Under the pieces are notes generated by a model that made no database searches, was not told the origin of the DNA, and worked only from the letters and a program-made list of their open reading frames with translations. This document shows, piece after piece, positions 32,032 through 42,165 of a stretch of DNA of 64,000 nucleotides. Origin of the DNA: an uncultured Holophagales bacterium (GTDB lineage: Bacteria; Acidobacteriota; Thermoanaerobaculia; Multivoradales; UBA5704); assembly GCA_963842525.1 (NCBI GenBank), contig CAWJGT010000024.1, positions 1 to 64,000 on the forward strand, in the 5' to 3' direction. A program made the position numbers and the translations under genes. The stretch's first letter is position 1; every line of letters starts with the position of its first letter.

Positions 32032-33222
32032 TCAGGCACGCGGGGTGAAGCGGCGGACGCGGGGAGTGGCGGCCTGCCCCTGGGCGGCGGGATCGCGGCC
32101 GAGGACCTCGGTCTTGATCTCCTCGCGCTGGATCTCGGCGAGGCGCCGTGTGGCCCGGGCCAGACCCCTCTTGCGCATGGCGAGGATGACGAAGAACTCG
32201 AGCGCCACCAGGGCGATCCCGAGCGTGGTGTCGCCGGTGAAGGCGACCAGGAGGGCCAGGACGCAGAAGGAGAGGACGACAGCGTAGATCACCGCCACGA
32301 TGCGCGAGCGGGCGCCGCCGAAGTGGGAGAGCAGGTGGTGCAGGTGCTGGCGGTCGGCGTGGAAGATGCGCAGGACGCGGCCGGTGAGCGGCCCTTTGGG
32401 ACGTTCGAGGAAGCGGACACCCATAACCAGCATTGCGTCCATGACCGGCACGCCGAGCGCCAGGATGGGGACCAGGATGGCCACCGCCGCCGGTGCCTTG
32501 AGCGAGGAGTGGACCGTGGCCGCGGCGAGCAGGAAGCCGAGGGTCAGCGCTCCGGAGTCGCCCATGAAGATGCGGGCGGGCTCCCAGTTGTGGCGCAGGA
32601 AGCCGATGCAGGAGCCCGCGGTGGCCGCCATCAGCAGCACGGTGCCGGGGTTGCCCTGGACGACGGCATAGACCAGCATGCTGGTCGAGATGATGGCGAC
32701 GACGCCGCTGGCCAGGCCGTCGAGCCCGTCGATCAGGTTGATGGCATTGGTCACGGCAACGATCCAGACCACGGAGACGACCGGACCGAGGAGGCCCAGG
32801 TAGACCTCGCCCACGAGCGGCAGCCGGAGGACCTCGAACGACCAGCCGATGCGCACCAGAAGACAGGCGGCGACGATCTCGAAGAAGAGCTTCTTGTATG
32901 CCGAGACGCCGAGCAGGTCGTCGGCGACGCCGACCAGGAAGACCAGGCCGGTGCCGAGCATCAGCGCCACCATCTCGCCACGGTCCAGGCCTTCCCACTC
33001 GCCGAAGCGCGAGATCCCCGCCAAGCCGGCGCCCAGCGCGAGGCCGATGGCGATTGCGACCCCGCCCAGGCAGGGCACGGCCTTGGCCTGGTGCTTGCGC
33101 TCGTCGGGGTGGTCCAGGGCGCGCAACGCGATGGCGAGGCGCGTCACGGGCGGCACCATCAGGTTGGTGAGGAGGGCGGCGATGACGGCCGCGCCGAGGG
33201 CGTAAAAAAGAATGTCGTCCAT
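32032..33222 (-). CDS. Undecaprenyl-phosphate GlcNAc-1-phosphate transferase (WecA/MraY family)
   Basis: GVADD, NAINLIDGLDGL, IFMGDSG, HLHHLL; multiple TMs. Confidence 0.9.
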   Translation of the reverse strand: MDDILFYALGAAVIAALLTNLMVPPVTRLAIALRALDHPDERKHQAKAVPCLGGVAIAIGLALGAGLAGISRFGEWEGLDRGEMVALMLGTGLVFLVGVADDLLGVSAYKKLFFEIVAACLLVRIGWSFEVLRLPLVGEVYLGLLGPVVSVVWIVAVTNAINLIDGLDGLASGVVAIISTSMLVYAVVQGNPGTVLLMAATAGSCIGFLRHNWEPARIFMGDSGALTLGFLLAAATVHSSLKAPAAVAILVPILALGVPVMDAMLVMGVRFLERPKGPLTGRVLRIFHADRQHLHHLLSHFGGARSRIVAVIYAVVLSFCVLALLVAFTGDTTLGIALVALEFFVILAMRKRGLARATRRLAEIQREEIKTEVLGRDPAAQGQAATPRVRRFTPRA

Positions 33223-33298
33223 CTACAGCACTACAGCACCAGACTGCCGCGAGAGTCCCGGTGGTGCGTTCCTTTCGTTGACCCTTAGGGGCTTGGCG

Positions 33299-34414
33299 CT
33301 ATTCTGGGGGGAAACGGGGCTGGATGCAAGTCCCGATCTCCTCCAGCGCCTGCGCCACCCCCGCCGGATGGCCCACGTCGATCCTCCTGTATAGGTCTTC
33401 CGGCAGGCCCTCGGCGCAGAGGAGGTGGACGTCCGAGGCCGGGCTGCCGACGAAGAGCACGCGGCGGCCGGAGCGGATGCAGCCGTGGACCTTGGAGGGG
33501 AGGACGTAGCCGACGAACTCGTCGCGCAGGGTGATGAGGTGGGCGTCCGGGGTGACCAGCAGGCGCGGCAGGAGGTCCAGGGGCACGGGCCGGCCGCGGT
33601 GGACCGGCAGCCCCTCGCGGCGCAGGATCTCCTCGACCCGGTCGGCCTTCGCGCCCGCAGCATTGAGCCAGAGGACGACGCGGCCCGAGCCGTCGCGGTG
33701 GTGGCGGCGGTAGCCTTCGACGAACGTTTCGTGGTCGTGGGCGACGCCGAAGTTGCCCGAGTAAAGGAGGACGGCCCGGCCGCGCAGCTCCTCCGGAACC
33801 TCCAGCGGCTCGGTGCCCGGCGGGATCTCGACCGGCGCGGGGTCGCGCTTGAGCACGATCCGCTCCGGACGGACGCCGATCTCCAGCAGGCGCCGCCGCT
33901 GGTCCTCGCCGAGCACCTCGAAGCCATGGACGCGGCGGCGCAGGGCCACGGTCCAGCGCTGGAAGAGCCGCAAAAGCGCGGGCGCGCGGCCCAGCTCGGC
34001 GATCAGGCACTCGGGATGGAAGTCGGTGATGCGGTAGGTGAGCCGCTTCCGGAAGAGGAGGTTGAGCGGCACCAGGAGCTGGATCAGGAAGGGGGGGCTT
34101 CCCGTGAAGAGGACCTCGTCCGCCCGGCGGATCTCGCGGCGCAGCGCCCAGACGAGGCCGAGGTCCGTGCGCAGCGTCCACAGGGCGCGCCGCTTGAAGT
34201 CGGCCCGGTCGTAGAGCGCGGCGCGGCGGCGGACGATGCGCAGCCGGCCGCGGCCGACCGCCTCCTCCTCGACCGAGCCGGCGGTCGAGGAGAGCCCGGC
34301 GAGCACCACGTCCTCGCCGGCGGCGGCGCGCTCGCGGGCGAAGAGCAGGCTGTACTGGCCGACGGCGCCGAAGTCCGGCGGCAGCCAGTCGCAGAGGTAG
34401 AGGAGGCGGTGCAC
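33299..34414 (-). CDS. Glycosyltransferase family 4 (WcaI/WbuB-like)
   Basis: YSGNFGVAHD, VLPSKVHG; GT-B pattern. Confidence 0.8.
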   Translation of the reverse strand: MHRLLYLCDWLPPDFGAVGQYSLLFARERAAAGEDVVLAGLSSTAGSVEEEAVGRGRLRIVRRRAALYDRADFKRRALWTLRTDLGLVWALRREIRRADEVLFTGSPPFLIQLLVPLNLLFRKRLTYRITDFHPECLIAELGRAPALLRLFQRWTVALRRRVHGFEVLGEDQRRRLLEIGVRPERIVLKRDPAPVEIPPGTEPLEVPEELRGRAVLLYSGNFGVAHDHETFVEGYRRHHRDGSGRVVLWLNAAGAKADRVEEILRREGLPVHRGRPVPLDLLPRLLVTPDAHLITLRDEFVGYVLPSKVHGCIRSGRRVLFVGSPASDVHLLCAEGLPEDLYRRIDVGHPAGVAQALEEIGTCIQPRFPPE

Positions 34415-34440
34415 CGTGACGGCCCGCGCCGGGAGTCGCG

Positions 34441-35199
34441 TCAGCCTCGAGCCGGGGCCGTTGCTGTGGCCAGCCGGTCGCTGGCCTGCAGCAGCGTCAG
34501 CCCGTGCCGGAGCGCTCGGTCGGAGTGCAGGTGGAGCTGCGAGAGCTCTGGATGGGTGTCGCGCAGCCAGTTGACGAACCGCCGCTCTTCATCCCAGGGC
34601 GCGTACTCCTCGGCGGAGAGCCATCCTTGGGGGCGGTCCGCCGCCCAGACGAGGTGCTCGGGCCGCATGTGGGTGCGCCGCCAGGTCCCGGTGTCGTGGA
34701 CGGCGAGGATCGCGCACGGCGCCAGACAGGGCCACAGCTTCTCGAACGTGGCGACGTTGAGGCCAAGGTCGTGGGCCGCATCCAGGAGGACGAAGTCGAT
34801 CTCTTTCCCTCCCACGTCCGCCGGTACGAAGCTCTCCTGCGGCTTGTGGTGATAGTGGAACTTGCTGGTGCCGGCGAAGAGCCGCGCCGCCATCTGTGCA
34901 GCGCCCTCTGTGACGTCATAGCTGTGGAGCTCGCCGTCGGACGGCAGGGCGAGCAGGAAGTTGAGTGCACTATGGCCGCGGTGGAAGCCGAACTCCACGA
35001 TCACGCGCGGCCGCAGGACGCGCACCAGCGCGAAGAGCAGCAGAGCCTCCTCCCGTTGGATTGGCCCGCAGGCCGCCTCCTCCTTGAAAAACCGGAGGTG
35101 GCTGAGATCCGGCCGGCCAGGGAGGACACCCACGAGCTCGCGCAGCCCGCGCGAGCGTACAAACGCTCGACGAGCCCAGAGCTGAAGCTTCTCGAGCAC
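34441..35199 (-). CDS. Class I SAM-dependent methyltransferase
   Basis: VIVEFGFHRGHS, IDFVLLDAAH, AVHDT. Confidence 0.8.
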   Translation of the reverse strand: MLEKLQLWARRAFVRSRGLRELVGVLPGRPDLSHLRFFKEEAACGPIQREEALLLFALVRVLRPRVIVEFGFHRGHSALNFLLALPSDGELHSYDVTEGAAQMAARLFAGTSKFHYHHKPQESFVPADVGGKEIDFVLLDAAHDLGLNVATFEKLWPCLAPCAILAVHDTGTWRRTHMRPEHLVWAADRPQGWLSAEEYAPWDEERRFVNWLRDTHPELSQLHLHSDRALRHGLTLLQASDRLATATAPARG

Positions 35200-35208
35200 G
35201 GGGCCGCC

Positions 35209-36228
35209 CTACCGTTCGGTGAGCATTTCCTCGAGGTACCCGCTGACCGCCTCCCGTTCGCGGGACCCGAAGTACCAGTCGATGGTGCGGTGCAGGCCGT
35301 CCATGAACTTCATCCGCGGCTCCCAGCCCAGGAGCTCGCGGGCCAGGCGGTTGCTCGCCACCCGGTTGAGCGGGCCGGTGGGCATGTGGGGGAGGAGCTT
35401 GACCTCCGCGCTGTGGCCGGTATAGCGCAGGACCTCGCGGACCGCGTCGATCACGCGGGTGCGCTCCTCGGTCCCCAGGTTGACCGCGGTGCCGTCGTCG
35501 ATCTTCTCGGCGGCGAGCACCATGCCGCTCACGATGTCGCCCACGTAGGTCCAGTTGCGGATCTGGGTGCCGTCGCCCCAGACCTCGAACGGGTCCTGGC
35601 GCACGAAGGCGCGGGCGATCATGGCGATCACCGCGTGGTTCTCGACGCCCCTTTCCCCATAGACCGTGAAGAACCGGCAGGACGCCGCCTTGAGGCCGAA
35701 GTCGCGGGCGTAGGCCTTGAGGGTCATCTCGGTCATCAGCTTGGCCCAGCCGTACATGTTGTCGGCGTCGTAGGGCGGGCCCACCATCTCCTCGGTGAGG
35801 TAGAGCTCCTGGTCGACGTCGCCCTGGAGGAAGTTGGGGTAGACGCAGCCGGAGGAGGCGAAGACGAATTTGCCGGCGCCGGCCTCGTGGGCGGCCTTGA
35901 TCAGCATGCCGTCCATCGCGAGGTTCTGCGCGCAGGCTGCCTGGTGGAGGTCGACGAAGCCGCGCCCGCCGTGAATGGCGGCGAGGTGGAAGACGACGTC
36001 GATCCCCTCGACCATGCGCTGCGGCACGCCGGGGTGGAGGAGGTCCTCGCGATGGAATTCCACGACGCCGGAATCGAGATGGGTTTGGATGTTGGCGAGC
36101 CTGCCGCTCGTCAGGTCGTCGACCACGCGGATCGAGCGGGCGCCTTTGTCCACGAGCAGGTCGATCAGATGGGAGCTGATGAAGGAGGCCCCCCCGGTGA
36201 CCAGGATGCGCTGCTGAGTCCAATCCAT
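35209..36228 (-). CDS. NAD-dependent nucleotide-sugar epimerase/dehydratase
   Basis: ILVTGGASFISSH, VFHLAA, FASSGCVY, YGWAK, GDGTQIRNW. Confidence 0.88.
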   Translation of the reverse strand: MDWTQQRILVTGGASFISSHLIDLLVDKGARSIRVVDDLTSGRLANIQTHLDSGVVEFHREDLLHPGVPQRMVEGIDVVFHLAAIHGGRGFVDLHQAACAQNLAMDGMLIKAAHEAGAGKFVFASSGCVYPNFLQGDVDQELYLTEEMVGPPYDADNMYGWAKLMTEMTLKAYARDFGLKAASCRFFTVYGERGVENHAVIAMIARAFVRQDPFEVWGDGTQIRNWTYVGDIVSGMVLAAEKIDDGTAVNLGTEERTRVIDAVREVLRYTGHSAEVKLLPHMPTGPLNRVASNRLARELLGWEPRMKFMDGLHRTIDWYFGSREREAVSGYLEEMLTER

Positions 36229-36292
36229 CGAGGAGACCTCCCTTCGAGAGCTGCCGGGCGGATGAAGCGCGTAGTGTATGCGAGGAAGCCGG

Positions 36293-37207
36293 TCAGCGGT
36301 AGTGCTCGGTGCCATGGCGCAGGGCCGCCCGGCGTCCGGCGAGCTTGTCGGCGAGGTCCTCGGGCCGCCGGACGAGGAGGCGCCCGGCCAGGCGCAGGAG
36401 CAGGATTTCGAAGCGGAGCCGGGCCAGGACGAGCGCGCGCACCAGCCGCGGCCGGCGGATCTTGCCGGACTTGCGCAGCAGCAGCCAACGGGTCTTGTGG
36501 AAGCGCAGGACGCGCTGGCTCGTGGCCTGCGGCGCGCCCGATCCCTGGTGAAAGGCGACGATCTCGGGCGCCGCCTCGACCCGCCAGCCGGCCCGGTGGG
36601 CGCGCATGCAGAGGTCGAGGTCGAGGTCCAGCCAGTCGAAGGCCTCGTCGAAGCCGCCCAGCGCTTCGAAGGCGCTCTTGCGCACCGCCATGGCGCAGGT
36701 GAAGACGCAGAGCGGCGCGCCGCGGTCGAGGAACCGGCGCAGGCGGGCGTGGAGCCGCTGGCCGAGCACGAGGCTGGCCACTCCGGGCTCGGGCTCGCTG
36801 GAGCCGGTGGGCCTCCCCTGGGCGTCGACGGTGGCGAAGCCGAGGATACCGAGGCGCGGGTCCGCGGCGAACCGGCGGAGGGCCGGTCCGGCGAAGCCGG
36901 TCAACGGCCAGGCGTCGGAGTCGAACAGCACCACGACGTCGGCGCCGACGGCTCGGATGCCCAGGTTCAGGGAGCGCACGAGGCCGAGGTTGCGCGGGTT
37001 GACGTGCAGGCGGACGGGCCCGTCCAGGGTTTCCAGCCCGTCCGGCGCCGGGGCGCTCGAATGGTCGTCCACGACGAGGACGTCCAGGGAGCCGTGCAGG
37101 TCCCCGGCGGTGGCGAGCACCTGGCCGAGGCAGCGGCGGGTGAGGTCCCAGGTCTCGTAGTTGGTGACCACCACCCCCACGGTGCGGGGCTCCGAAGGCT
37201 CTTTCAC
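36293..37207 (-). CDS. Glycosyltransferase family 2
   Basis: VVVTNY, VLVVDDHS, NLG..SLNLG, LFDSD, GGFDE; GTG overlaps the upstream stop. Confidence 0.85.
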   Translation of the reverse strand: MKEPSEPRTVGVVVTNYETWDLTRRCLGQVLATAGDLHGSLDVLVVDDHSSAPAPDGLETLDGPVRLHVNPRNLGLVRSLNLGIRAVGADVVVLFDSDAWPLTGFAGPALRRFAADPRLGILGFATVDAQGRPTGSSEPEPGVASLVLGQRLHARLRRFLDRGAPLCVFTCAMAVRKSAFEALGGFDEAFDWLDLDLDLCMRAHRAGWRVEAAPEIVAFHQGSGAPQATSQRVLRFHKTRWLLLRKSGKIRRPRLVRALVLARLRFEILLLRLAGRLLVRRPEDLADKLAGRRAALRHGTEHYR

Positions 37208-39141
37208 CGGCGGCTCCGCAGGCTCTCCTGGATGAGCTCGGGGCGGACGCAGAAGTGGACGGCCAGGCGCGCCAGGCCCCAGCCCGTCCGGCGGGAGACC
37301 GCGCGCACCGAGGCGGCATTGCGCCGCGGCCAGGACTGGCCTCCCTGGTCGATGCGGAAGCCCGCGCCCAGGTCGCCCGGCCGGCGGGCGCAGAGCCCGT
37401 CGAGCAGCAGGGAGGTCGCGGGCAGGGGGGCGTCCCAGGGCAGGGTCGCGGGCCAGGGGGCCGAGTCGACGCTCACCCCGGGGCGGGCCCTGGGCAGGAA
37501 GACCCGCACGCCGCCGCACACGCGGACCGTCTCCAGGGGCGGGGCCGGCAGCGGGTGGAAGCCATGATCGGGGCCGGGCGGCGTGAAAAAGAGCCGGGCC
37601 AGGGCCGTCCCGGGGGGATCGGCACCCCGGTAGCGGACGCCGTACCAGGCCTGGAATGCGAGAGGCGCCGCGGCCAGCACGAGGACGGCGGGCCCGACGA
37701 GCGCCCGCCGGCGCGCCGCCGCCGCCAGGACCGGCGGCAGGAGCAGCGCCGCGGCCTGGGCGCAGAGCACCCAGAAGAGGAAGAGCCCGTAGCGGAAGGC
37801 GGGGGCGAGGACGAACCAGGCCGGCAGGGCCACGGCCAGGGGCAGCAGGAGGACCGGCGCGTGGCGGGGCCGCGGCCGGCCGGCCGCCAGCCAGAGCGCG
37901 ATCCACACCGCCGTGAGCAGCAGCGGCACGAGGCCTTCGTGCAGGGCGGGGCGGAGCTCGACCCGTAGCCAGTAGGGCAGCCAGTTGGTGGCGTCCTGGT
38001 GCAGCATGCGGTCCCAGGCGCCGGGCGTCCGCGTATAGGCGCGGGTCCACCAGACCATGCCCGTGCCGTGCTCCGCCGGCAGCCGCCAGTCCACGTCGAA
38101 GGCGGCGGCGGTGGAAGGGAAGAGGGGATAGCCGCTGAGCAGGACGTTGCGCGCCAGCCAGGGCACGCCCGCGGCGAGCGCGAAGGCGACGGCTATGACC
38201 AGAGGACGGACGGCGGCGCGGCGCCGCGGCACGAGAGCGGCGCCCAGGACCACGATCCAGGCCGCGGCGGCGAAGATCCCGGCGGTGGCCTTGAGGCATG
38301 GCGTCACCGACAACAGGAGGAGGGCCGCGAACAGGCGCGGCTCGGCCTCCTCGCGCGGGCGGCCGTCGCCCAGGGCCTCGACGGCGAGGCAGCAGGCCGC
38401 GAGCACGGTCAGGCTGGCCGGCACGTCCGTGGTCAGGCTGGAGACCCAGACGCCGTTGCCGCGGTTCACGATCATGACGGCGGGATAGACCAGGACCGCC
38501 GCGAAGAGCCGGCCGGGAGTGGGCATCTCCCGGGAGGCCAGCAGCTCTCCGATGCGGCGGGCGACCAGGAGGAAGAACAGGACCAGCACGAAGCCGTTGG
38601 CGAAGTGGCTGCTCCGGCCGGTCCCCGGACCCTGCTCCAGGAGCGCCGGGAAGAGGAGCCCCGACAGGTTGACGCCGTAGACCGGGTTCAGGTTGGCCAG
38701 GCCGGGGACGACCGGGAAGCTGTCGAACCAGCGGACCAGCGTGAGGTGGTAGTTGGCGCTGTCGTAGCCGGCGCCGGGGCCGGCCGCGCGGTCGGCCACC
38801 CAGAGGGCGAGGAGGGCCGTGAGGACCACCACCGAGCGCGGCCACCGGAAATCCTCGCCTCCCTCCTTCCTGCCCGGGCCGCGGAGTCCGGCCAGCCAGC
38901 CCGCCAGGCTCGCCGCGGCCAGGGCCGCCAGGGCGCGGGCGTCCACCGGCAGCGCGAAGTGCCAGACCTGGAGCGCGGCCAGGGCCGCGGCGTAGCCGAT
39001 CCAGGCGGCGAGGACCAGGTCCGCGGGACCGGACCGGCTCCCGCAGCCGGCGCGCAGGAGGCCCAGCCCCAGACCGGCGCAGAGGAGGAACAGGCCCCCC
39101 CAGACCGCCAGGATGCAGGCCATGGCGAAGGCGAGCGTCAT
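37204..39141 (-). CDS. Polytopic membrane protein, possibly GT-C-like
   Basis: Many TMs; YDSANYH..PVVPGLANL; RNVLLSGYPLFP. Confidence 0.7.
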   Translation of the reverse strand: MTLAFAMACILAVWGGLFLLCAGLGLGLLRAGCGSRSGPADLVLAAWIGYAAALAALQVWHFALPVDARALAALAAASLAGWLAGLRGPGRKEGGEDFRWPRSVVVLTALLALWVADRAAGPGAGYDSANYHLTLVRWFDSFPVVPGLANLNPVYGVNLSGLLFPALLEQGPGTGRSSHFANGFVLVLFFLLVARRIGELLASREMPTPGRLFAAVLVYPAVMIVNRGNGVWVSSLTTDVPASLTVLAACCLAVEALGDGRPREEAEPRLFAALLLLSVTPCLKATAGIFAAAAWIVVLGAALVPRRRAAVRPLVIAVAFALAAGVPWLARNVLLSGYPLFPSTAAAFDVDWRLPAEHGTGMVWWTRAYTRTPGAWDRMLHQDATNWLPYWLRVELRPALHEGLVPLLLTAVWIALWLAAGRPRPRHAPVLLLPLAVALPAWFVLAPAFRYGLFLFWVLCAQAAALLLPPVLAAAARRRALVGPAVLVLAAAPLAFQAWYGVRYRGADPPGTALARLFFTPPGPDHGFHPLPAPPLETVRVCGGVRVFLPRARPGVSVDSAPWPATLPWDAPLPATSLLLDGLCARRPGDLGAGFRIDQGGQSWPRRNAASVRAVSRRTGWGLARLAVHFCVRPELIQESLRSRR

Positions 39142-41342
39142 GACGGCCGCCCGGCCCGCGGACGCAGGAGCAGATAGCGGGCGTTGGCGAAGAGGAGCGC
39201 CGGATCCTCGTACAGCCCGAGGCCGGCCCGCTCGCGCTCCAGCACCACGAGGTCGGCGCCCAGGACCTCCGCGATCCGCCGCGCCGCCACGGCGTCCACG
39301 GGCTGCGCCAGGTACGCCCCGGCCTGGCGGAGGGCCGAGCGGGCGGCCCGCATGGCCTGTGGGTTGGCGTAGGACAGGGTGACCGGGTCCTTCCACATAT
39401 AAGCCAGCGGGACGTAGAGCTGGCGCAGGAAGTCGAGGTCGTCCGGGATGGCCACCACCTCGCCGGGGCGGCGCAGCGCCTGCAGGGCATGGACCAGCTC
39501 GAGGCGGGCAAGGGGCACCTCGGGGGGCCGTCCACGCAGCAGGCGCAGGCTCGATCCCGAATGCACCGCCATGTCGCGCGCCGAGACGGCCAGCGAGCCG
39601 CCGTAGCAGGCGAGGAGGAGGGCGCAGCCGGCGAGCGCCGCCGCCCGTTCGCCGAAGGCCCCGGCGACCAGGGGCCGGCCGTCCCAGGAGAGGCGCATCC
39701 GGCCGCCGAGGCGGCGTCTTGTCGACCTGTGGCAACGCACCGCCAGCCCCAGGGAGGCGACCAGGAGGACGTCGACGTAGCGCAGGCCGCGGATGAGGTC
39801 GGTCTGAAGCGGCAGCCGGCCCGCCGCCGCGGCCAGCGCCCAGTCGACGGCGGGCACGGCGAAGACCACGAGGCAGAAGCCGGCCAGCGCACCCCAGAAG
39901 AAGCGCAGGCCGTCCCGGCGATCGTTCCGAGATTGGGTGGACCGCAGGGTCTGCCAGGCCAGGAAGGCCAGGACTGCGAAGAAGAGCCAGAACCGCGGGT
40001 GGCCCAGGACCATGTGGAGGGCGTCCGCGTAGAACACCCGCGGCACGAAGCCGGGCCGGAACGCGGCCAGCTCCGCGAGGCCTCCCCCGCCGGCAGGGGC
40101 GGGCTGCTTCGTGACCAGGACGAGGGTGTAGGGGGCCATGACGGCGAGGGTGACCGCCGCGGCCGCCACGGCGCCCGCCAGGCGGGAGCGCAGCGGCGCC
40201 GGCCCCCCCAGCAGGAGCCCCAGCAGGAGGGCTCCCGACAGCACCGGCGAGCTCACGGGGTGCACGTAGAAGAGGAGGGCCGCGGCGCCGGCCGGAAGCC
40301 ACCAGAGGCGCGGCCGGGCACGCACGCGCAGGGCGAGGAGGACGACCCAGGGGAGGAGGGCGGTGAACAGGGTGCGCGGCCGCACCTGGGAGAACGACCA
40401 GTGCTCGTCCGGCGGGTAGCTCGCGGCGAGCAGGGCGAGGCTCAACGTGGCCAGGAAGCCGAACAGCCGGGAGCGCGAGGCCCGGGACAGCAGGAGGTCG
40501 TACCCCACGAGGCCGATCAACGTGCCGAAGAAGGCGAAGACCGCCACGCTGACGTCATAGGGGAAGCCCAGGGCGTGGATGCCGCGGGCGGCGGCCACGT
40601 AGAGGGGGGTGTACCAGGTGAAGTTCCGCGGCTCGGCGAGGAGCGCGTCGCGGGTGAAGGCGGCGGGCCGGTCCAGGGCCGCGGCGAACGAATTGATGGA
40701 CGCGTTGTCGGTGTCCCCGCTCAGCCAGGGGGACCCCGGAAAGTGGGTGACGAACGAGACCGCGGCCAGGGCGAGGTAGAAGAGACCCTTCGCCGTGCCG
40801 GCCAGCGGCCGGAGCCGCGTGCCGGCCCGGAGCCGGATCAGCCGGGAAGCGCAGAGCGCGAGCCCGGCGAGCACGGCCAGGGCAACGGCGAGCCCGGCGC
40901 GGCGGAAGAACGGCTCGCGCGCCGGCGGCACCTCCAGGCGCAGGACGAGGTCCCGCGGGCGAAAGGCCTCCGGCGGCAGCACGACCTCGCAGCGCTCGCG
41001 GACCTGCAGGTAGTCGTCCCGCGGCGACCAGAGCACGGCCCGCCGGTTCGTCTCGAACGTGGCTCGGGACAGCACCCGGGGCGCCGCCACCTCGCCGGTC
41101 CGCCGGTCCACCACCTCGGCCTTGGGAGGCCGGCCGTCCCAGTGCAGGCGGAAGGGCGGCCTCGTCTCCACGGAGCCGCGGAGCAGGCCGCGCCAGGGCT
41201 GGAACACGGCGCGCTCCAGCGGGATCTCGACGACCTCCATGGCGGCCAGCCGGCGGAAGGCGAGACCGGCCGCGATCACGCAGATCCCGGCGGCAAGCAG
41301 GAGGCCGGCCGCAGCCAAGGCGAGGCCGCGCGTCCCGCTCAC
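39138..41342 (-). CDS. Large polytopic membrane protein with periplasmic domain (start approximate)
   Basis: Many TMs; DxxF(T)RD and HPVS motifs; coupled to the downstream gene. Confidence 0.65.
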   Translation of the reverse strand: MSGTRGLALAAAGLLLAAGICVIAAGLAFRRLAAMEVVEIPLERAVFQPWRGLLRGSVETRPPFRLHWDGRPPKAEVVDRRTGEVAAPRVLSRATFETNRRAVLWSPRDDYLQVRERCEVVLPPEAFRPRDLVLRLEVPPAREPFFRRAGLAVALAVLAGLALCASRLIRLRAGTRLRPLAGTAKGLFYLALAAVSFVTHFPGSPWLSGDTDNASINSFAAALDRPAAFTRDALLAEPRNFTWYTPLYVAAARGIHALGFPYDVSVAVFAFFGTLIGLVGYDLLLSRASRSRLFGFLATLSLALLAASYPPDEHWSFSQVRPRTLFTALLPWVVLLALRVRARPRLWWLPAGAAALLFYVHPVSSPVLSGALLLGLLLGGPAPLRSRLAGAVAAAAVTLAVMAPYTLVLVTKQPAPAGGGGLAELAAFRPGFVPRVFYADALHMVLGHPRFWLFFAVLAFLAWQTLRSTQSRNDRRDGLRFFWGALAGFCLVVFAVPAVDWALAAAAGRLPLQTDLIRGLRYVDVLLVASLGLAVRCHRSTRRRLGGRMRLSWDGRPLVAGAFGERAAALAGCALLLACYGGSLAVSARDMAVHSGSSLRLLRGRPPEVPLARLELVHALQALRRPGEVVAIPDDLDFLRQLYVPLAYMWKDPVTLSYANPQAMRAARSALRQAGAYLAQPVDAVAARRIAEVLGADLVVLERERAGLGLYEDPALLFANARYLLLRPRAGRPS

Positions 41343-41388
41343 GGCGCGGCCCGCCGCGACACGGCCTTGGCCGGATCGGATAAATCCA

Positions 41389-42159
41389 TCATGCTCCGGC
41401 GGGCGGCACGGCGAGGGTGTTCCACGGGGGCACCGCCAGCGGCTGTCGGAGGTCCGGAGCTGCTGCCGCATCGAACAGGGTATAGCTGTGTCGGCGGAGC
41501 AGATCGCCCACGGCTCTGCTGTTCGCCTCGGTGACCTCGAGGAGAAGGACCGGCCGGACCATGGACAGCAGCCGCTCCGCGCCCTGGAGGCATAGGTCTT
41601 CGGCCCCTTCCACGTCGATCTTAACCAGCCCGGGAGCCGGAAACCAGTCCAGGAGCCCGTCGAGGGTGACCGTCACTACCTTGCGGGTCTCGCGCTGGCC
41701 GCCGGTCTGGGTGGAGCCGGGGAGGCTCTGCAGGTAATTGCCGGCCCGCCCGCGCTCGGCAATGCAAAGCTCGGCAATCCCGGGGCGGTCGGCCACAGCG
41801 GCAGCGAGGACATCGACTGGCGCATAGCTCGGACCGGCTGTGGCTGCGGACCGGCGCACCAGGGCGGCCAGCCAGTCGTCCGCCTCGACGGCCAGGACGC
41901 GGCCGAAGGGGCCGGCGCGGTGGGCTGCGGCGAAGGCGAAGAGGCCGACGTTTGCGCCCACGTCCCATACCGTCGCACCCGGATTCACCAGATCCCTTGC
42001 CCACTGCAGCAGAAGGGGGTCGACCTGGGCGAGGTCCCGCCTCCACAGCTTGAGGGCCGCGTCCGGAGAGACGTACAGCGCGTGCCCGCCGTGCTCACTG
42101 GGCAGCCGTCGGCGCAGGACGCGGCCCCGGCTCAGCTTTTCGAGGAGGGATCGGATCAA
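41389..42159 (-). CDS. FkbM-family methyltransferase
   Basis: VWDVGANVG, LVKIDVEGAE. Confidence 0.88.
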   Translation of the reverse strand: MIRSLLEKLSRGRVLRRRLPSEHGGHALYVSPDAALKLWRRDLAQVDPLLLQWARDLVNPGATVWDVGANVGLFAFAAAHRAGPFGRVLAVEADDWLAALVRRSAATAGPSYAPVDVLAAAVADRPGIAELCIAERGRAGNYLQSLPGSTQTGGQRETRKVVTVTLDGLLDWFPAPGLVKIDVEGAEDLCLQGAERLLSMVRPVLLLEVTEANSRAVGDLLRRHSYTLFDAAAAPDLRQPLAVPPWNTLAVPPAGA

Positions 42160-42165
42160 CGTCCA